Below are positions 35,225 to 45,316 of a DNA stretch of 57,727 nucleotides, piece after piece; positions within the stretch are counted from its first letter, which is position 1; every line of letters starts with the position of its first letter. Source of the DNA: a virus (taxonomy: Duplodnaviria; Caudoviricetes); the IMG/VR virus record IMGVR_UViG_3300045120_000343, positions 1 to 57,727 of that record; one strand, given 5' to 3'. The notes beneath the pieces were generated by a model that worked only from the letters and a program-made list of their open reading frames with translations, was not told the origin of the DNA and made no database searches. The position numbers and the translations under genes are program-made.

Positions 35225-35608
35225 TTATTTGTTGCTTGCGACAGCCTTCGCGGCCGCGGTTCCAGCCACTACCACTGCGGGGCCGGGAATGGCCGCTGCG
35301 AGTTCCTTGCCTTCCGGCGTGTCTGCGGTAATGACGCCCGCGACGTGAGGCACTTCGCTCGCAACCTTGACGGCGTTCCGTTGTCGGTGAACGAACCAAC
35401 CCCAGATCCCGAAGACTAAACTGATCATGGCGCCCGCACCCTGAATAAACTCATCGCTGGTCACGACCGCGATGACCTGATCAGAGGTAGCCCAACCCTT
35501 GCCGGCGACAAATCCAGCGATTGCGCCGCCGAAGGTAGCCGCCGCCCATCTGATCGCGCTCTTTATCTGTTCAGCGTTGGGGCTGACGGTGTTATCCATG
35601 GCATTCAT
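35225..35608 (-). CDS. Putative holin
   Basis: Two hydrophobic segments (IRWAAATFGGAIAGFVAG; GAGAMISLVFGIWGWF) within the lysis cassette. Confidence 0.6.
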   Translation of the reverse strand: MNAMDNTVSPNAEQIKSAIRWAAATFGGAIAGFVAGKGWATSDQVIAVVTSDEFIQGAGAMISLVFGIWGWFVHRQRNAVKVASEVPHVAGVITADTPEGKELAAAIPGPAVVVAGTAAAKAVASNK

Positions 35609-35824
35609 CGGCGCGGGCCGTCCTTTGTCCATCGCTCAATCGGGAATTCCAGCTCAGCCATCCACCGGAACGGATAGGGGCCGCGATCCATGCGCCACCC
35701 TCCGAACGGATAGGCGTAGCCCTCGATGTGCGCCCACCATCCCCAACGCTCGCCACGGTAAACGCAGAAGCGTTTCCCCGGCACCGGCAAATGGATTGCT
35801 GGCGGACAGTCGAGGGGCACGGCG

Positions 35825-36037
35825 TCACTTAGGCGCGACCGCTGGCGGCACGAGCGGCGCCGGCACGGCGACCATCTGGCATTCGCCGTGAACGCCGAAC
35901 GGAGATATTTGGTCATAACCTAATCTTTTGCGCGCGAACTCGCATTTGACTTGATCAGGATATGTCTTTTCCAACGTGCCAGTCTGAACGTGCCAGACGG
36001 TGAAAAGAACGATCGCCCATTCGTAATACATGCTCAA
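35825..36037 (-). CDS. Small secreted Cys-containing protein
   Basis: Hydrophobic N-terminus; YPDQVKCE...GECQ. Confidence 0.45.
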   Translation of the reverse strand: MSMYYEWAIVLFTVWHVQTGTLEKTYPDQVKCEFARKRLGYDQISPFGVHGECQMVAVPAPLVPPAVAPK

Positions 36038-36324
36038 CTCCTGATGTCAGGCCGCAGCCCGTGCGCTATCTCGTGCGCGTAGTCGATCGGATTCTTGTTG
36101 ATGCATTCGCGCGAGAACGACATGGCCGGCGGCACTCCGCCGTTGAACTCCCCCGCCACGACGCGGAAATCGTTGTCGGCGCTCGCTTTTTCCTCGAGCG
36201 CCGCCAGCCGGGCCTCGCATTCTCCCTGGTCGGCGTACTCCGGCGTTCCGATTTCCCAATAAAGCAGCGTCATGCTTGGGACGCTGAGCAGGATTAGGAC
36301 CGGCCAGAATGCGAAGAGTTTCAT
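36034..36324 (-). CDS. Small secreted Cys-containing protein
   Basis: Hydrophobic N-terminus; YADQGECE...RECI, similar in plan to the neighbouring ORF. Confidence 0.45.
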   Translation of the reverse strand: MKLFAFWPVLILLSVPSMTLLYWEIGTPEYADQGECEARLAALEEKASADNDFRVVAGEFNGGVPPAMSFSRECINKNPIDYAHEIAHGLRPDIRS

Positions 36325-36872
36325 GCGACTAAATCATCGCCTGGCTTGGCGACGATCCGCTTGATCTCGGCGAGGAACGCCGCTCGAGCCCTCGGCGTCT
36401 CGCCGGGGTGAAAGGCATACTGAGTCGACAAAATCAGAGTCGTGCGAGCGTTGCCCTTCGCCTTGTGCCACGCCAATGTTCCCAGAACGCCGGTCATAAT
36501 GGTGCCGAAAGGCCAGGCCGGGTTGTAGAATTCGTGGGCGAAGAGGACGTTCGACGGGATCGGCCAGTCCGCGCCAGCGCTCGATGCCTGGAATCCGAAA
36601 ATCCCGTGGATGATTACCGCCTTGGCATACGTCGCGGCAACCGTGCAATTGCAAGCGCCAAGCGACGTGCCGACGACCATGCGGATCGCGTTCGCTGGCG
36701 CATGGATCAGATCGTTGGCGCATTCCTGAACTTCAAAATCCCTGTATGGCGAGCGCCCAAGATCGACGCCCGGGATCGCCTTCCTGATCTCCTCCGTGAA
36801 TGAGTATGCGCCCGGATCGGTGACCGGCCCAAACATGCCGGACATGGTGCGAATGATGACGGGCCTGATCAT
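36321..36872 (-). CDS. Alpha/beta-hydrolase-like (cutinase/LysB-like) protein
   Basis: Nucleophile elbow VVGTSLGA (GxSxG); in the lysis cassette. Confidence 0.55.
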   Translation of the reverse strand: MIRPVIIRTMSGMFGPVTDPGAYSFTEEIRKAIPGVDLGRSPYRDFEVQECANDLIHAPANAIRMVVGTSLGACNCTVAATYAKAVIIHGIFGFQASSAGADWPIPSNVLFAHEFYNPAWPFGTIMTGVLGTLAWHKAKGNARTTLILSTQYAFHPGETPRARAAFLAEIKRIVAKPGDDLVA

Positions 36873-37066
36873 TTGGTTGTGTCTCTCAGTCCCGCATGGC
36901 GCATTCGCTGCAGCGTCTCGATCTCGGCCCGAAGCATTTCGGCGTCGAGTTCGAGTTCGGTTTCCCGAGCAACGACGCGCTCGGCAAGCTCGTTCGGCAA
37001 GATCACGTAGGCGTAGCCTTCGGCGAGCCGGTCACGGATGTAGGCGATGGGGTCATCGATGCTCAC
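36869..37066 (-). CDS. Hypothetical protein
   Basis: GTG start overlapping the endolysin stop. Confidence 0.4.
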   Translation of the reverse strand: MSIDDPIAYIRDRLAEGYAYVILPNELAERVVARETELELDAEMLRAEIETLQRMRHAGLRDTTK

Positions 37067-37644
37067 GACTCCCGCACCCAACGGATTGAGTGGTCCAATT
37101 CGGCGAGCCGCGCGAGGATCGGCGCGCAGCCGGGCTGTGTATCCCACACGCTGCCATTCCACACATGGTCGGCTACCCATTTTCCGGGACGTTGGATGTT
37201 TGTTCCGCCAAAGATGTAGCTAGAGGGAATGCCTTTATTTGCTGATCCCCAGCCATTGAATTGCTCGCAGTAGAAGAGTTGTTTTTCCAGCACGGTCAAA
37301 TCTTTGACTGCGCTCAGGCCGTCCATCCTCAGCGCGTCGATCGCGCCATCAACAAATGCGTTTGGTCCTAAGAACGGGCCGCGATTCTTCGGCACGATCG
37401 TTGTCTTGCGCTTAAGCGTCTGCCCGTTGCCGAGATAGGTCCCGAAATTTGCGTTGCTCTCGCGCAGATGCAGAACAGCCGTTAGCTGCCACGGCACGCC
37501 CGTTTTGCTTTCAATCGCGACGTAGATCGCCTTATGCGCAAACAACTGTGCGGCATAGCCGTCGAACTCGTGGAGGCGATTTGGCTTGATCGCCATCGCG
37601 TCCCAGTATTTTTTATAGAGCGGCCACATTTGAGAATATCTCAT
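37063..37644 (-). CDS. Endolysin, lysozyme-like (COG5526 type)
   Basis: YVAIESKTGVPW..AVLHLRES..NF...LGNG, GRGPF-like NRGPF, EQFNGWG, GKWVADH, QPGC. Confidence 0.85.
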   Translation of the reverse strand: MRYSQMWPLYKKYWDAMAIKPNRLHEFDGYAAQLFAHKAIYVAIESKTGVPWQLTAVLHLRESNANFGTYLGNGQTLKRKTTIVPKNRGPFLGPNAFVDGAIDALRMDGLSAVKDLTVLEKQLFYCEQFNGWGSANKGIPSSYIFGGTNIQRPGKWVADHVWNGSVWDTQPGCAPILARLAELDHSIRWVRES

Positions 37645-38070
37645 TTATCCTCCCGCGCCCGGCATAAAGCAGCGGACATTCGGCATCCCCACGCTGTCTT
37701 TGTAGATCCAGGCGATGGCTGCGCCGTGTCTATTTGGCGCCGTGACAACTTCCTGCGGGCTGACCACGATCCAATTGCCGTCGATCCTCACGCGGTAGCG
37801 GTCTTCCCCGTTCACCACCGACGTGTCCCAATCAACGTCTGCGACCATCGAGCCGTCGGCGTAGGAGCAGCAAGGATAGCCGCCGCTGCTTTGCAGGGCG
37901 TCGAACCAATGGTCGAGATCGGGCCGCTTGTGGTCGTGCGCCGACGCGCCCCAAGTGAAAGCCATGATCAGGCCGGTCATGATTGCGCAGACGAGCACGA
38001 TGACTATCAGCCACCACCAGGGCGATTGATCGTTCGGCGGCTCGCGCCAACGGTCGTCAGCGTCATCCAT
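37645..38070 (-). CDS. Membrane-anchored Cys-containing hypothetical protein
   Basis: TM segment then WFDALQS..G.PCCS.ADG...VRCFMPG. Confidence 0.6.
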   Translation of the reverse strand: MDDADDRWREPPNDQSPWWWLIVIVLVCAIMTGLIMAFTWGASAHDHKRPDLDHWFDALQSSGGYPCCSYADGSMVADVDWDTSVVNGEDRYRVRIDGNWIVVSPQEVVTAPNRHGAAIAWIYKDSVGMPNVRCFMPGAGG

Positions 38071-38274
38071 CGGCGCCTCGGGATTGTGCCACTCCCGCTG
38101 CCTCACGGCAGCGTTTTTCAGGATGCCAAAGTGGCGGGCCATGACGTTCACTCGATAGGAGGAAACGTTCGTAACAGCAGCGCGGACAAAACGGTGGCAC
38201 CGCTTTTCCGCCACGTCCTCCCGGACCAAACACCAGCATCACGTCGGCATGGCGCGGGCAGAACCAGCGGGAGA

Positions 38275-38907
38275 TCACAAAGGCCACGCCTCAGCGACGC
38301 GCCAGCCCGCGCGAATGTACGGATGCGGATCGACGATCTTGACCATCGCGAGGCTTACTTTGTGGACGCCCCAATAGTCGCGAACCGTCACGGTTCCGTC
38401 ATTGTTTGCTTGCAGGACCGGAGCCACGTGCGATCGGTTCCTGTATGCCGCTGCCGTTCCCAAGACTGGAATGCTGTCTCTGAAACCCAACCAGTCAGCT
38501 GCAAGCCACCAATTGATCCCTTCACGGACGTGGTCGAGGAAACCTCGTGTGTTGTATTCTGTCCAGCATCCGCAAGGACCTCCCATGGCTGCGGCCTTGT
38601 GGCATGGTCCAGGCAAGCCTTCCGCAAACCTGCGTGGGTGACGCGCTCGCCATATGGTGTCCCGCCCGCACGGCCGCTCGTCGCACTCGTGCGAATGCGA
38701 ACGACTTTCCGTCTGAGCGCGATGGCGAGCGAAATGTTTAAGATGATGAGCCCAGCGCCGATTAAGATGACGCCGATGACGATGGGCGAGATACCGGCCG
38801 AAGTGGTGTCCATGATGATATCCGCTCCTATGCCGATGCGATGCTTCGGCGCTCGCGGTTCCAAACAAGAGACAGAAGAATGCACTTGCGATGGCGACTG
38901 TTCGCAT
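38275..38907 (-). CDS. Secreted His/Arg-rich protein with a CHAP-like C-terminus
   Basis: Signal peptide, H/R-rich linker, GPCGC...LAADW...SHVAPV...DGTVTVRD. Confidence 0.55.
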   Translation of the reverse strand: MRTVAIASAFFCLLFGTASAEASHRHRSGYHHGHHFGRYLAHRHRRHLNRRWAHHLKHFARHRAQTESRSHSHECDERPCGRDTIWRARHPRRFAEGLPGPCHKAAAMGGPCGCWTEYNTRGFLDHVREGINWWLAADWLGFRDSIPVLGTAAAYRNRSHVAPVLQANNDGTVTVRDYWGVHKVSLAMVKIVDPHPYIRAGWRVAEAWPL

Positions 38908-38937
38908 TACCTCACTCCGTTGCTATGGAACTGAAAG

Positions 38938-39372
38938 CTAAAGAGTGGCCGCCGTCACAAAGAGCGCGTCAATTTGTACGTCGGTCAAATTTAGCTGTGC
39001 GCCGACTGTGGCAATCCAAGCAGCGTCTCGACGCCATTCCGTGGCGTATTCCCAACTGTCTTTGAGATCGAGATCGGTGGATGCGGTCACTGCGGCCGAC
39101 ACCTGATCGAAGAGGCCGGCTGCACGGAGCGCTCGGCGGGCCTGGAGGGCACTCACCGCGCGGAATGGCGGCAATGAGGCCGCCAGAAGGGCGGCCCTCA
39201 GATCGGCGGACGTGGCCACAAGCGGGGTATGCGAGGCGGCCCAGGCGAGATAGGTAGGGTCGTCATCGGCCACATAGGCGACTTCCCTGACGGCATAGGG
39301 ATGGCCGTCAACGAGCCAATAGCGGTTTGCCACCGTGATGATGGCAAACGAAAATACTTTCAGCGCTGCCAT
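38938..39372 (-). CDS. Tail fibre assembly-like protein
   Basis: VSALQARRAL..AGL...WEYATEWRRD...LNLTDVQIDALFVTAATL. Confidence 0.6.
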   Translation of the reverse strand: MAALKVFSFAIITVANRYWLVDGHPYAVREVAYVADDDPTYLAWAASHTPLVATSADLRAALLAASLPPFRAVSALQARRALRAAGLFDQVSAAVTASTDLDLKDSWEYATEWRRDAAWIATVGAQLNLTDVQIDALFVTAATL

Positions 39373-39374
39373 GA

Positions 39375-41969
39375 TCAATTCACGTGAACGCGGGAGTCTT
39401 CAAGGACCGCCGTGATCGAGACTATCTTGGCGCTGCGCGGGACAGCTCCCAAGAAAATCGCCTGACGCGGAACCTGATCAGATTGTCCGACCACGATATG
39501 CAGGGGCTCGGAACGGGTCGCGGTCATGTCGAAAGGTGTCGTATCAGGATAAGTTGGGGCAACGCTCAGCGTAATCATGAGCGCGTCGTCGGCCAGGGCA
39601 TAGCTCGCAATTTGAACGGCCGCTGAGGCGCGGCTGCGGCGATCTCTGAAATAGGCAAACCAAATTCCGCCAGCACTGAAATCTAATCTGCCCCAAAGCG
39701 TAACCGTCTTGGTGCCGGCATCGTAATCGTAAACTCTGGTCGACTGGCCCCAGCGCGGCATGTCGTGATGAACCAAGATCAGATCACCGCGAGAAGCGAT
39801 AAGACCTTCGAGTTCGGTGTCCCAGCTCAAGAGGACGCGCCGATAGCGATCGGCCGCGAGAAGATATTGGCCCTCCCGATCGATTTGATCAGGTTGGACG
39901 ACGCCGTCAAATTGATTAACGGATGGCGTTTGCGGGTCGGTCACGCCCGCCTGTGGGAAGGTCTCGCTGTCGTTGATCCAAGTGACTTCATTAAGAAAGT
40001 CCAGTCGCAGCGAGTCCGTTTCGTCCTCTGGCGATGGCAGGATGAACTGCATCGCGAAACTCCCTTTGATAATGTTCTCCGAAGAGAACAGCATCGTTGG
40101 AATGGTTTGCGGCTGATCGCGATGAAATCTCACTATGCCATATTGGTGATATGGAACGGTGCGACCCGCGCGCAGCGCCAGGCCAAGCGCGGACCACAGG
40201 GTAATATTCTGCGCCGAGTAAAAATCGAAGGTGTCTCCCCGGCTGTCCCAAATAGCGGCCAGGGCCGCCAGGCCGGCCAAGTCGAAATTCACGTCGTCGA
40301 GTTTGCCGCCATAGGTCGTGTTCTTGAGCATGTCGGCGACTGCCCAAGCAATATTGCGCGTGGCCGTCGGCGCAGACCAGGAAACGCCATTCCAAATCGG
40401 CAACAATCTCGTTCCTGTTACAGCGATTTGCCGCGATGAAACGCTGTTGATCGAATTGGTCCGGTCCGCGAACATCGTGACAGCTAGCATGGTACAATCG
40501 CCGTAGCCGCGCGCCGTTTCGAGAAAGCCTCGCAATCCGTCCCAGTGGAGATCATGACCGACCGATCCGGTAAGTATTTTGTCATCCAAGCGTTTGGCTT
40601 TGATCTGCCATCGCGCCGCGAACGGAAGATTTATCCGAAATGAAAATGTCACCGGCCTAGATCGTTCGCCCGTGTAGTTGTAAGTGCCGCCCAGAAAGGT
40701 GCTGTTCGGCTCTGCGGCCGTGACCAAAGGCGAAGCTCCCGAGTCCGCAAGTTCTTGATCTAAGAATTGCCAATCGCTGAGCGGATTGCCGGAGTCATCG
40801 ATCTCCTGACACAGGAATCGCCATTCGATGGTGAGTGAGTCGAGCGCGCCGGTCCCGGTGTTGAGCTCATATAGTCCAGACGGCAAGCTCAGATCAACGC
40901 CGATCTGCTCGATAGTCCGTCCCGGCGGGCATGCGATGAAAGGCCCCTTCACATAAGTGATGCTAGAGAATACCACAAAGGTCCAATTCGTGCCGCTGGT
41001 TAACGGGTCGTTGCCGATATTATTTAGGAGAGCTGCGTAGTATGTCCTGATCCCGCCTTGGTCCCGCCAGACGACGTCGCCGATGAAATAAAAGACGGTG
41101 GCGCTCCATTCGTCAACGCTGAAGCCTCCCAACGCCGGATCGTTAGGGGCTGGGAGTTCAATCCCTAAGACTTGAGTTGAAGTGAAAACTTCCGGTTCAA
41201 AAATATTGACCGCTGTGCCGGGCAAATAAAGTGTGAAGTTCACGTTGTCGAAGGAAAGCGAGTCAGTTTGTCCAATCTCGATCTTTTCAGTCTCAATCTC
41301 GCCCTGACTCAACATGAGGACCTGGTGTAATACCTGGCCGCGATCTATCCATTCCGCCCAAGGCGCCGAGGCGAGATCAGGAACGAATCTTAGCCTGCCG
41401 TAAAGTGCTGGAATCGGATTGCCGAGCCGGGCGACATTATTTTGTGCCGAAAGGCTTCCGGCGTATGTAGGGGGAGCAGCGTCGATACCGCCGCCCGAGC
41501 CACTCGAGGCACTCGAGCCAACCCCAACCAAACCAAGATTGCCTGCTGGCTTCACCGGTATCAAAACGTTCAACAGATAATTGGCGCCGATCACGAGCGC
41601 GGCGGTGGTGACGGCAGTAATGACCCCGCCGATGATGGCTCCGCCGCCAAGCAGACCGGCGATCGGCGCTGCGAGGAACGGAGCCACGACCGCAGCCAAG
41701 ACTAGAATTCCAAGCGTCGCCGCGACTCGTGCCCCGTCGCTTTGGGGCATGACGATAAAGACGACGACGTCGCCGTCCCGCGCGCTGACGCGGTGCCATT
41801 TTGTTTGGCTGATCCAACGACCGTTGTGTGAGCAAACGATCGGCCGACGCTTTGGATCAAGACCGTTGTTGCGTGCGAGCCGGCGGAGCGATATTGACCG
41901 AGGCTCGACGACGGTCGCGCGCTTCGGAAGGCTGGAAGTTATGTTATTCAGGATGTGGACGAAGGCCAT
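39375..41969 (-). CDS. Tail tip/hub protein (gpI-like N-terminus plus gpJ-like host-specificity domain)
   Basis: Ubiquitin-like N-terminus (DGDVVVF), NVARLGNPIPALYG, TRNIAWA, DLAGLAAL...RGDTFD, GDLILVHHD.P.WG; CBM-like insert WSATVFYFIGDVV. Confidence 0.85.
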   Translation of the reverse strand: MAFVHILNNITSSLPKRATVVEPRSISLRRLARNNGLDPKRRPIVCSHNGRWISQTKWHRVSARDGDVVVFIVMPQSDGARVAATLGILVLAAVVAPFLAAPIAGLLGGGAIIGGVITAVTTAALVIGANYLLNVLIPVKPAGNLGLVGVGSSASSGSGGGIDAAPPTYAGSLSAQNNVARLGNPIPALYGRLRFVPDLASAPWAEWIDRGQVLHQVLMLSQGEIETEKIEIGQTDSLSFDNVNFTLYLPGTAVNIFEPEVFTSTQVLGIELPAPNDPALGGFSVDEWSATVFYFIGDVVWRDQGGIRTYYAALLNNIGNDPLTSGTNWTFVVFSSITYVKGPFIACPPGRTIEQIGVDLSLPSGLYELNTGTGALDSLTIEWRFLCQEIDDSGNPLSDWQFLDQELADSGASPLVTAAEPNSTFLGGTYNYTGERSRPVTFSFRINLPFAARWQIKAKRLDDKILTGSVGHDLHWDGLRGFLETARGYGDCTMLAVTMFADRTNSINSVSSRQIAVTGTRLLPIWNGVSWSAPTATRNIAWAVADMLKNTTYGGKLDDVNFDLAGLAALAAIWDSRGDTFDFYSAQNITLWSALGLALRAGRTVPYHQYGIVRFHRDQPQTIPTMLFSSENIIKGSFAMQFILPSPEDETDSLRLDFLNEVTWINDSETFPQAGVTDPQTPSVNQFDGVVQPDQIDREGQYLLAADRYRRVLLSWDTELEGLIASRGDLILVHHDMPRWGQSTRVYDYDAGTKTVTLWGRLDFSAGGIWFAYFRDRRSRASAAVQIASYALADDALMITLSVAPTYPDTTPFDMTATRSEPLHIVVGQSDQVPRQAIFLGAVPRSAKIVSITAVLEDSRVHVN

Positions 41970-42385
41970 GGCAACCCGCGTGGACGATAGAAGCCGAGGA
42001 TGTTCAAGCCAAGTGGTCGCAAGGCACCGATCTTTGTGAATATCACGCCGGTCTTCTCGAGCACGTGCAGTGTTCCTCCTCCATCGAGCGACAGATAAAC
42101 GCCGATGTGGTCGGGGAGCCTGCCGCGGCTCATATAGGTTGCGCAACCATCGAATGGCTTGTCGGTCTTTTCCGCCTCACCCGCGTCGACGGCGCGGATG
42201 AAACGGGTGCGCAACGCTTTCGATTCTGTGTGATCAAAGGAAATGTTAGGCAGACCGATTACGCCGAATTGCATTCGCAGGACATAGTCGTAAAGCCCCC
42301 AACAGTCGAAAGCGTCCGGACCTCGGGCGAGTCGCCGATATGGCTTACCGATAAGGCCGATCGCCAAATCATCATGCGTCGTCAT
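41948..42385 (-). CDS. NlpC/P60 tail tip protein (gpK-like)
   Basis: IGKPY...RGPDAFDCWGL...HIGVY...GTLH. Confidence 0.9.
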   Translation of the reverse strand: MTTHDDLAIGLIGKPYRRLARGPDAFDCWGLYDYVLRMQFGVIGLPNISFDHTESKALRTRFIRAVDAGEAEKTDKPFDGCATYMSRGRLPDHIGVYLSLDGGGTLHVLEKTGVIFTKIGALRPLGLNILGFYRPRGLPWPSSTS

Positions 42386-42960
42386 ATATATTGCAAAGTC
42401 GGAAATCTTGATGGCGAGTAGGATTGCCAAGGAAACCGACGCGAACCGACAGTCAGCGTTATCAGCCTTCCAGACACCGAAACGCCGGATGCGGAAACTT
42501 CAACCAGATTGAATTTCAACGGCGGATCGTTTTCCGGTCCAGCGCCTTCTGATCCGACGAGATATTCCCGATATGTGATGTAAATCGCCTTGCCTCCTTG
42601 TGCTGCTTGAATGAGAAGATCGATCATTTCTCGCCCGACATTGTCGACTGTGAGCGTCGCCCGTGGCGTCGGGTCGGTTGTGGTGTCAGGAATTGAGATC
42701 GAAAATGGAACGGCTGAGAACATCACAGAGCTGCTTGCTCGACGAGGGGCAGTGCTTTCTAAAACCGCGTCAAGCTCGCGCGAACCGTCATCGTTGATCC
42801 TTGTAGGGTTGGCACCATCAAACAAGAATACGTCCGCGGGAGCGTCAGCGTCGTCTACCAGCCCGTCGAAATAAATCGAGATCGTCGGGATGATCGGGAT
42901 GTCCGGATCAGCCGCAGCGTAGGCTTCCTCGAGTGCGTCGGACAGAGTGATATTAGGCAT
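42382..42960 (-). CDS. DUF1833/gpL-like minor tail protein
   Basis: LSDALEEAYA, FSAVPF.ISIP, LTVDNV, ITYREYL, FP...YS..RFP.L. Confidence 0.8.
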   Translation of the reverse strand: MPNITLSDALEEAYAAADPDIPIIPTISIYFDGLVDDADAPADVFLFDGANPTRINDDGSRELDAVLESTAPRRASSSVMFSAVPFSISIPDTTTDPTPRATLTVDNVGREMIDLLIQAAQGGKAIYITYREYLVGSEGAGPENDPPLKFNLVEVSASGVSVSGRLITLTVGSRRFPWQSYSPSRFPTLQYI

Positions 42961-42994
42961 GTGTCGTCGTCGTGGCCATACGTTAGGATTCACT

Positions 42995-45316
42995 TCATAT
43001 CGCTACTGTTGCACCATACCCGAGCAGACTAGGCGTGCGCTGTTGTATCGTAGCCCCTGAGTAAGTTGTTCCCGCAGTTCCTGCCAACATTGAATTAGTG
43101 ACACTTTCTCGATGGACTGTAATTGTACCATTACCAGTCTGATAGATATTTGTCCCGGTGACTATATACCAAACTACTCCACTCCCATTGTCCAACCCGA
43201 TCTCAAGGCCGTTAAATAACCAATTCGCATGAGTACCAGCAGCAATAGTAACTAGATGCGTCGCCCCAACATAGGACCAATTTACAGATAGATTCGCATA
43301 GTAAGAAAAACCGTCGCCTGCGCTATCTTTGACGTGGGAGTATGTCTGAGCGCCTGTCTGCTCGACGATGCACATCGAACGTGCGCAAATTGGCATAGCA
43401 GTACCCAGCACGGGTGTTTTGATCGAAGCTACATCGGCCAGAGTTATGCGTTGACATTCTCCTGGTGCTGGCTTGTAGCCAATGAATTTGGTTGTGCCGG
43501 TGCCACTAGAGCGAGGGAAAAAGGTGTGGGCAGGAGTAAACGAACTCGGAGACCAATAACTACGATCCCATTCCCCAAAACCAAATGCTTTACTCCCGAA
43601 AGCATTTTGCGAGGCAGTACTTGGATCATAGCCTGTAGCGCCGAACGTACTGCCAGGGCCGCCCGCCGGAACGGCGGTGCTCTGTCCGACGTAGCGAAGA
43701 TTCGCATTCATAAGGGCCGCAGATCGGTCCACGACTAATTGTATCGTTGTATTGTCGTCGCCGCCGTCATATCCTTCAATAACAATTCTTCCGTTCGAGG
43801 TTATGGATTGCGCCCCCTTCGTATCACGCATAACGAAATTTGTTTCAACCTGCCGAATCCAAGGAAATGCCTGGCAAGCTTGTATCACTGATGTGGTTCC
43901 GGCGCTCGGATTGGCCGGGTTGGCGTTTCGCATACAAAGCTCGTCGACAATCGCTTGGCCCCCGCTCATGTCATCGCTGTCCCCAGGCTGCGCAAATTCC
44001 GTGTCCCAAAGCGCCATGCAACAGGCATTGTTCTCGTAATGACAATGGATCAAATGGCCGGGTCCTTCGAAATAAATGCCCCTCTCGCACGCATACAATG
44101 TTGTAACCGCCTGCAATTGTGTCTGAAAATTTGTTGAGCTAAGCGCTACGTCCTGACCATAGTACGCCCACACCCAGCCTTCCCAGAGCCAATACGTTGC
44201 AACATTGGTGCTGGTGTTGAAGCTGACAAGACGGAGCGGGACAATGCCAAACCCAGGCAACACAACCGTTGCAACATCATAAACGAACCCAGTATCGGGG
44301 CATTGCGTCCAGTACGGCAGATAGTCGGGCACAACCGTGGTTGTGAACCGATAATTGGTGAAGCCCGTGCCCCCCGCAATAAAGTCGGTAAACGAGGTCA
44401 GTGCAGACGTACCAGAGATCGCGACTGCCGCACTGTTCGAGGTTCCAAACCCATGCTCGCCACCGATAACAACGTAATCCTGCCCCTTGCTACTGAACGG
44501 CCGTATTGCCCCGATGTTGCAGTGAAAGACCGAATTGACCAACGATTGACTATTCCCCCATTGAATTCCCAGATAGCAACCGTTGGTCGAGCAGTAGAAC
44601 CATTTGTTCCCCTCTGCCAGAGCTCCACTAAAGTTGTTTGTCCCAGTCTGAAATCCGCAGAAAAAGGCTGTTGCCGAGCAATCTACAAAGGTTGTGCCGA
44701 CAGCCCCGCCGCTGCCGGTCGCAATGGAAAAACCAACACAATTGGACGGCAGCAGCCGAGGGGCAAAGATACCAAGGGACACCGAGTTGTTTGTCAGGTT
44801 AACGCCGGAGACACGCTGTCCAGAGGCATCATTATTACTGCCAGGTCCTACCCACCATGCGGGGGCAGTTTGAAAAGTCACTGTGAAGCGTGTGCGATGA
44901 TCTGCCTCGACCGAGATATTTGGGCCGAAAATTGTCGGCGTTGCAGTCTGCCCGGCAAGTAATTGACCAACCGTCAAAGAACCGCGGAGATTACCCGGTG
45001 GATCTTGAAAGATTGGATTATTGATAGTCCATGCATTACTTGGTCGATATGGTATGCGAACCCGCGAGATGTCGTTGTTGAAGGCAAAGTCTATCGCCGC
45101 CTGGATAGACAGATCGGTGTAGCCGCCAACGCCGAGAAAATCGGTGACGTCGACTATGCCGGGAGTCCCCCCGCTGCCCGGAGGGCCTTGTGGTCCCTGT
45201 GGCCCCACCAGCGCCGAGACCGGCGCCCGCTTGGTAACGCCGCCCTGAACGAGTGGAAAAGGCTCTGTGCCGATCAGCGGGATGGTTGCTGGCGTCAGTT
45301 CGGAAATCTTGGCCAT
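42995..45316 (-). CDS. Tail fibre/spike with probable beta-helix domain
   Basis: N-terminal anchor MAKISEL...PLVQGGVTK, short GPQGPQGPPG, VDVTDF.G...IQAAID beta-helix cap; AT-richer codon usage. Confidence 0.75.
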   Translation of the reverse strand: MAKISELTPATIPLIGTEPFPLVQGGVTKRAPVSALVGPQGPQGPPGSGGTPGIVDVTDFLGVGGYTDLSIQAAIDFAFNNDISRVRIPYRPSNAWTINNPIFQDPPGNLRGSLTVGQLLAGQTATPTIFGPNISVEADHRTRFTVTFQTAPAWWVGPGSNNDASGQRVSGVNLTNNSVSLGIFAPRLLPSNCVGFSIATGSGGAVGTTFVDCSATAFFCGFQTGTNNFSGALAEGNKWFYCSTNGCYLGIQWGNSQSLVNSVFHCNIGAIRPFSSKGQDYVVIGGEHGFGTSNSAAVAISGTSALTSFTDFIAGGTGFTNYRFTTTVVPDYLPYWTQCPDTGFVYDVATVVLPGFGIVPLRLVSFNTSTNVATYWLWEGWVWAYYGQDVALSSTNFQTQLQAVTTLYACERGIYFEGPGHLIHCHYENNACCMALWDTEFAQPGDSDDMSGGQAIVDELCMRNANPANPSAGTTSVIQACQAFPWIRQVETNFVMRDTKGAQSITSNGRIVIEGYDGGDDNTTIQLVVDRSAALMNANLRYVGQSTAVPAGGPGSTFGATGYDPSTASQNAFGSKAFGFGEWDRSYWSPSSFTPAHTFFPRSSGTGTTKFIGYKPAPGECQRITLADVASIKTPVLGTAMPICARSMCIVEQTGAQTYSHVKDSAGDGFSYYANLSVNWSYVGATHLVTIAAGTHANWLFNGLEIGLDNGSGVVWYIVTGTNIYQTGNGTITVHRESVTNSMLAGTAGTTYSGATIQQRTPSLLGYGATVAI

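Noticed and set aside
37534-38934. 466-aa plus-strand ORF
   Set aside because: Antisense shadow of coherent minus-strand lysis-region genes in GC-rich DNA; no motifs. The same applies to most overlapping ORFs in the track.
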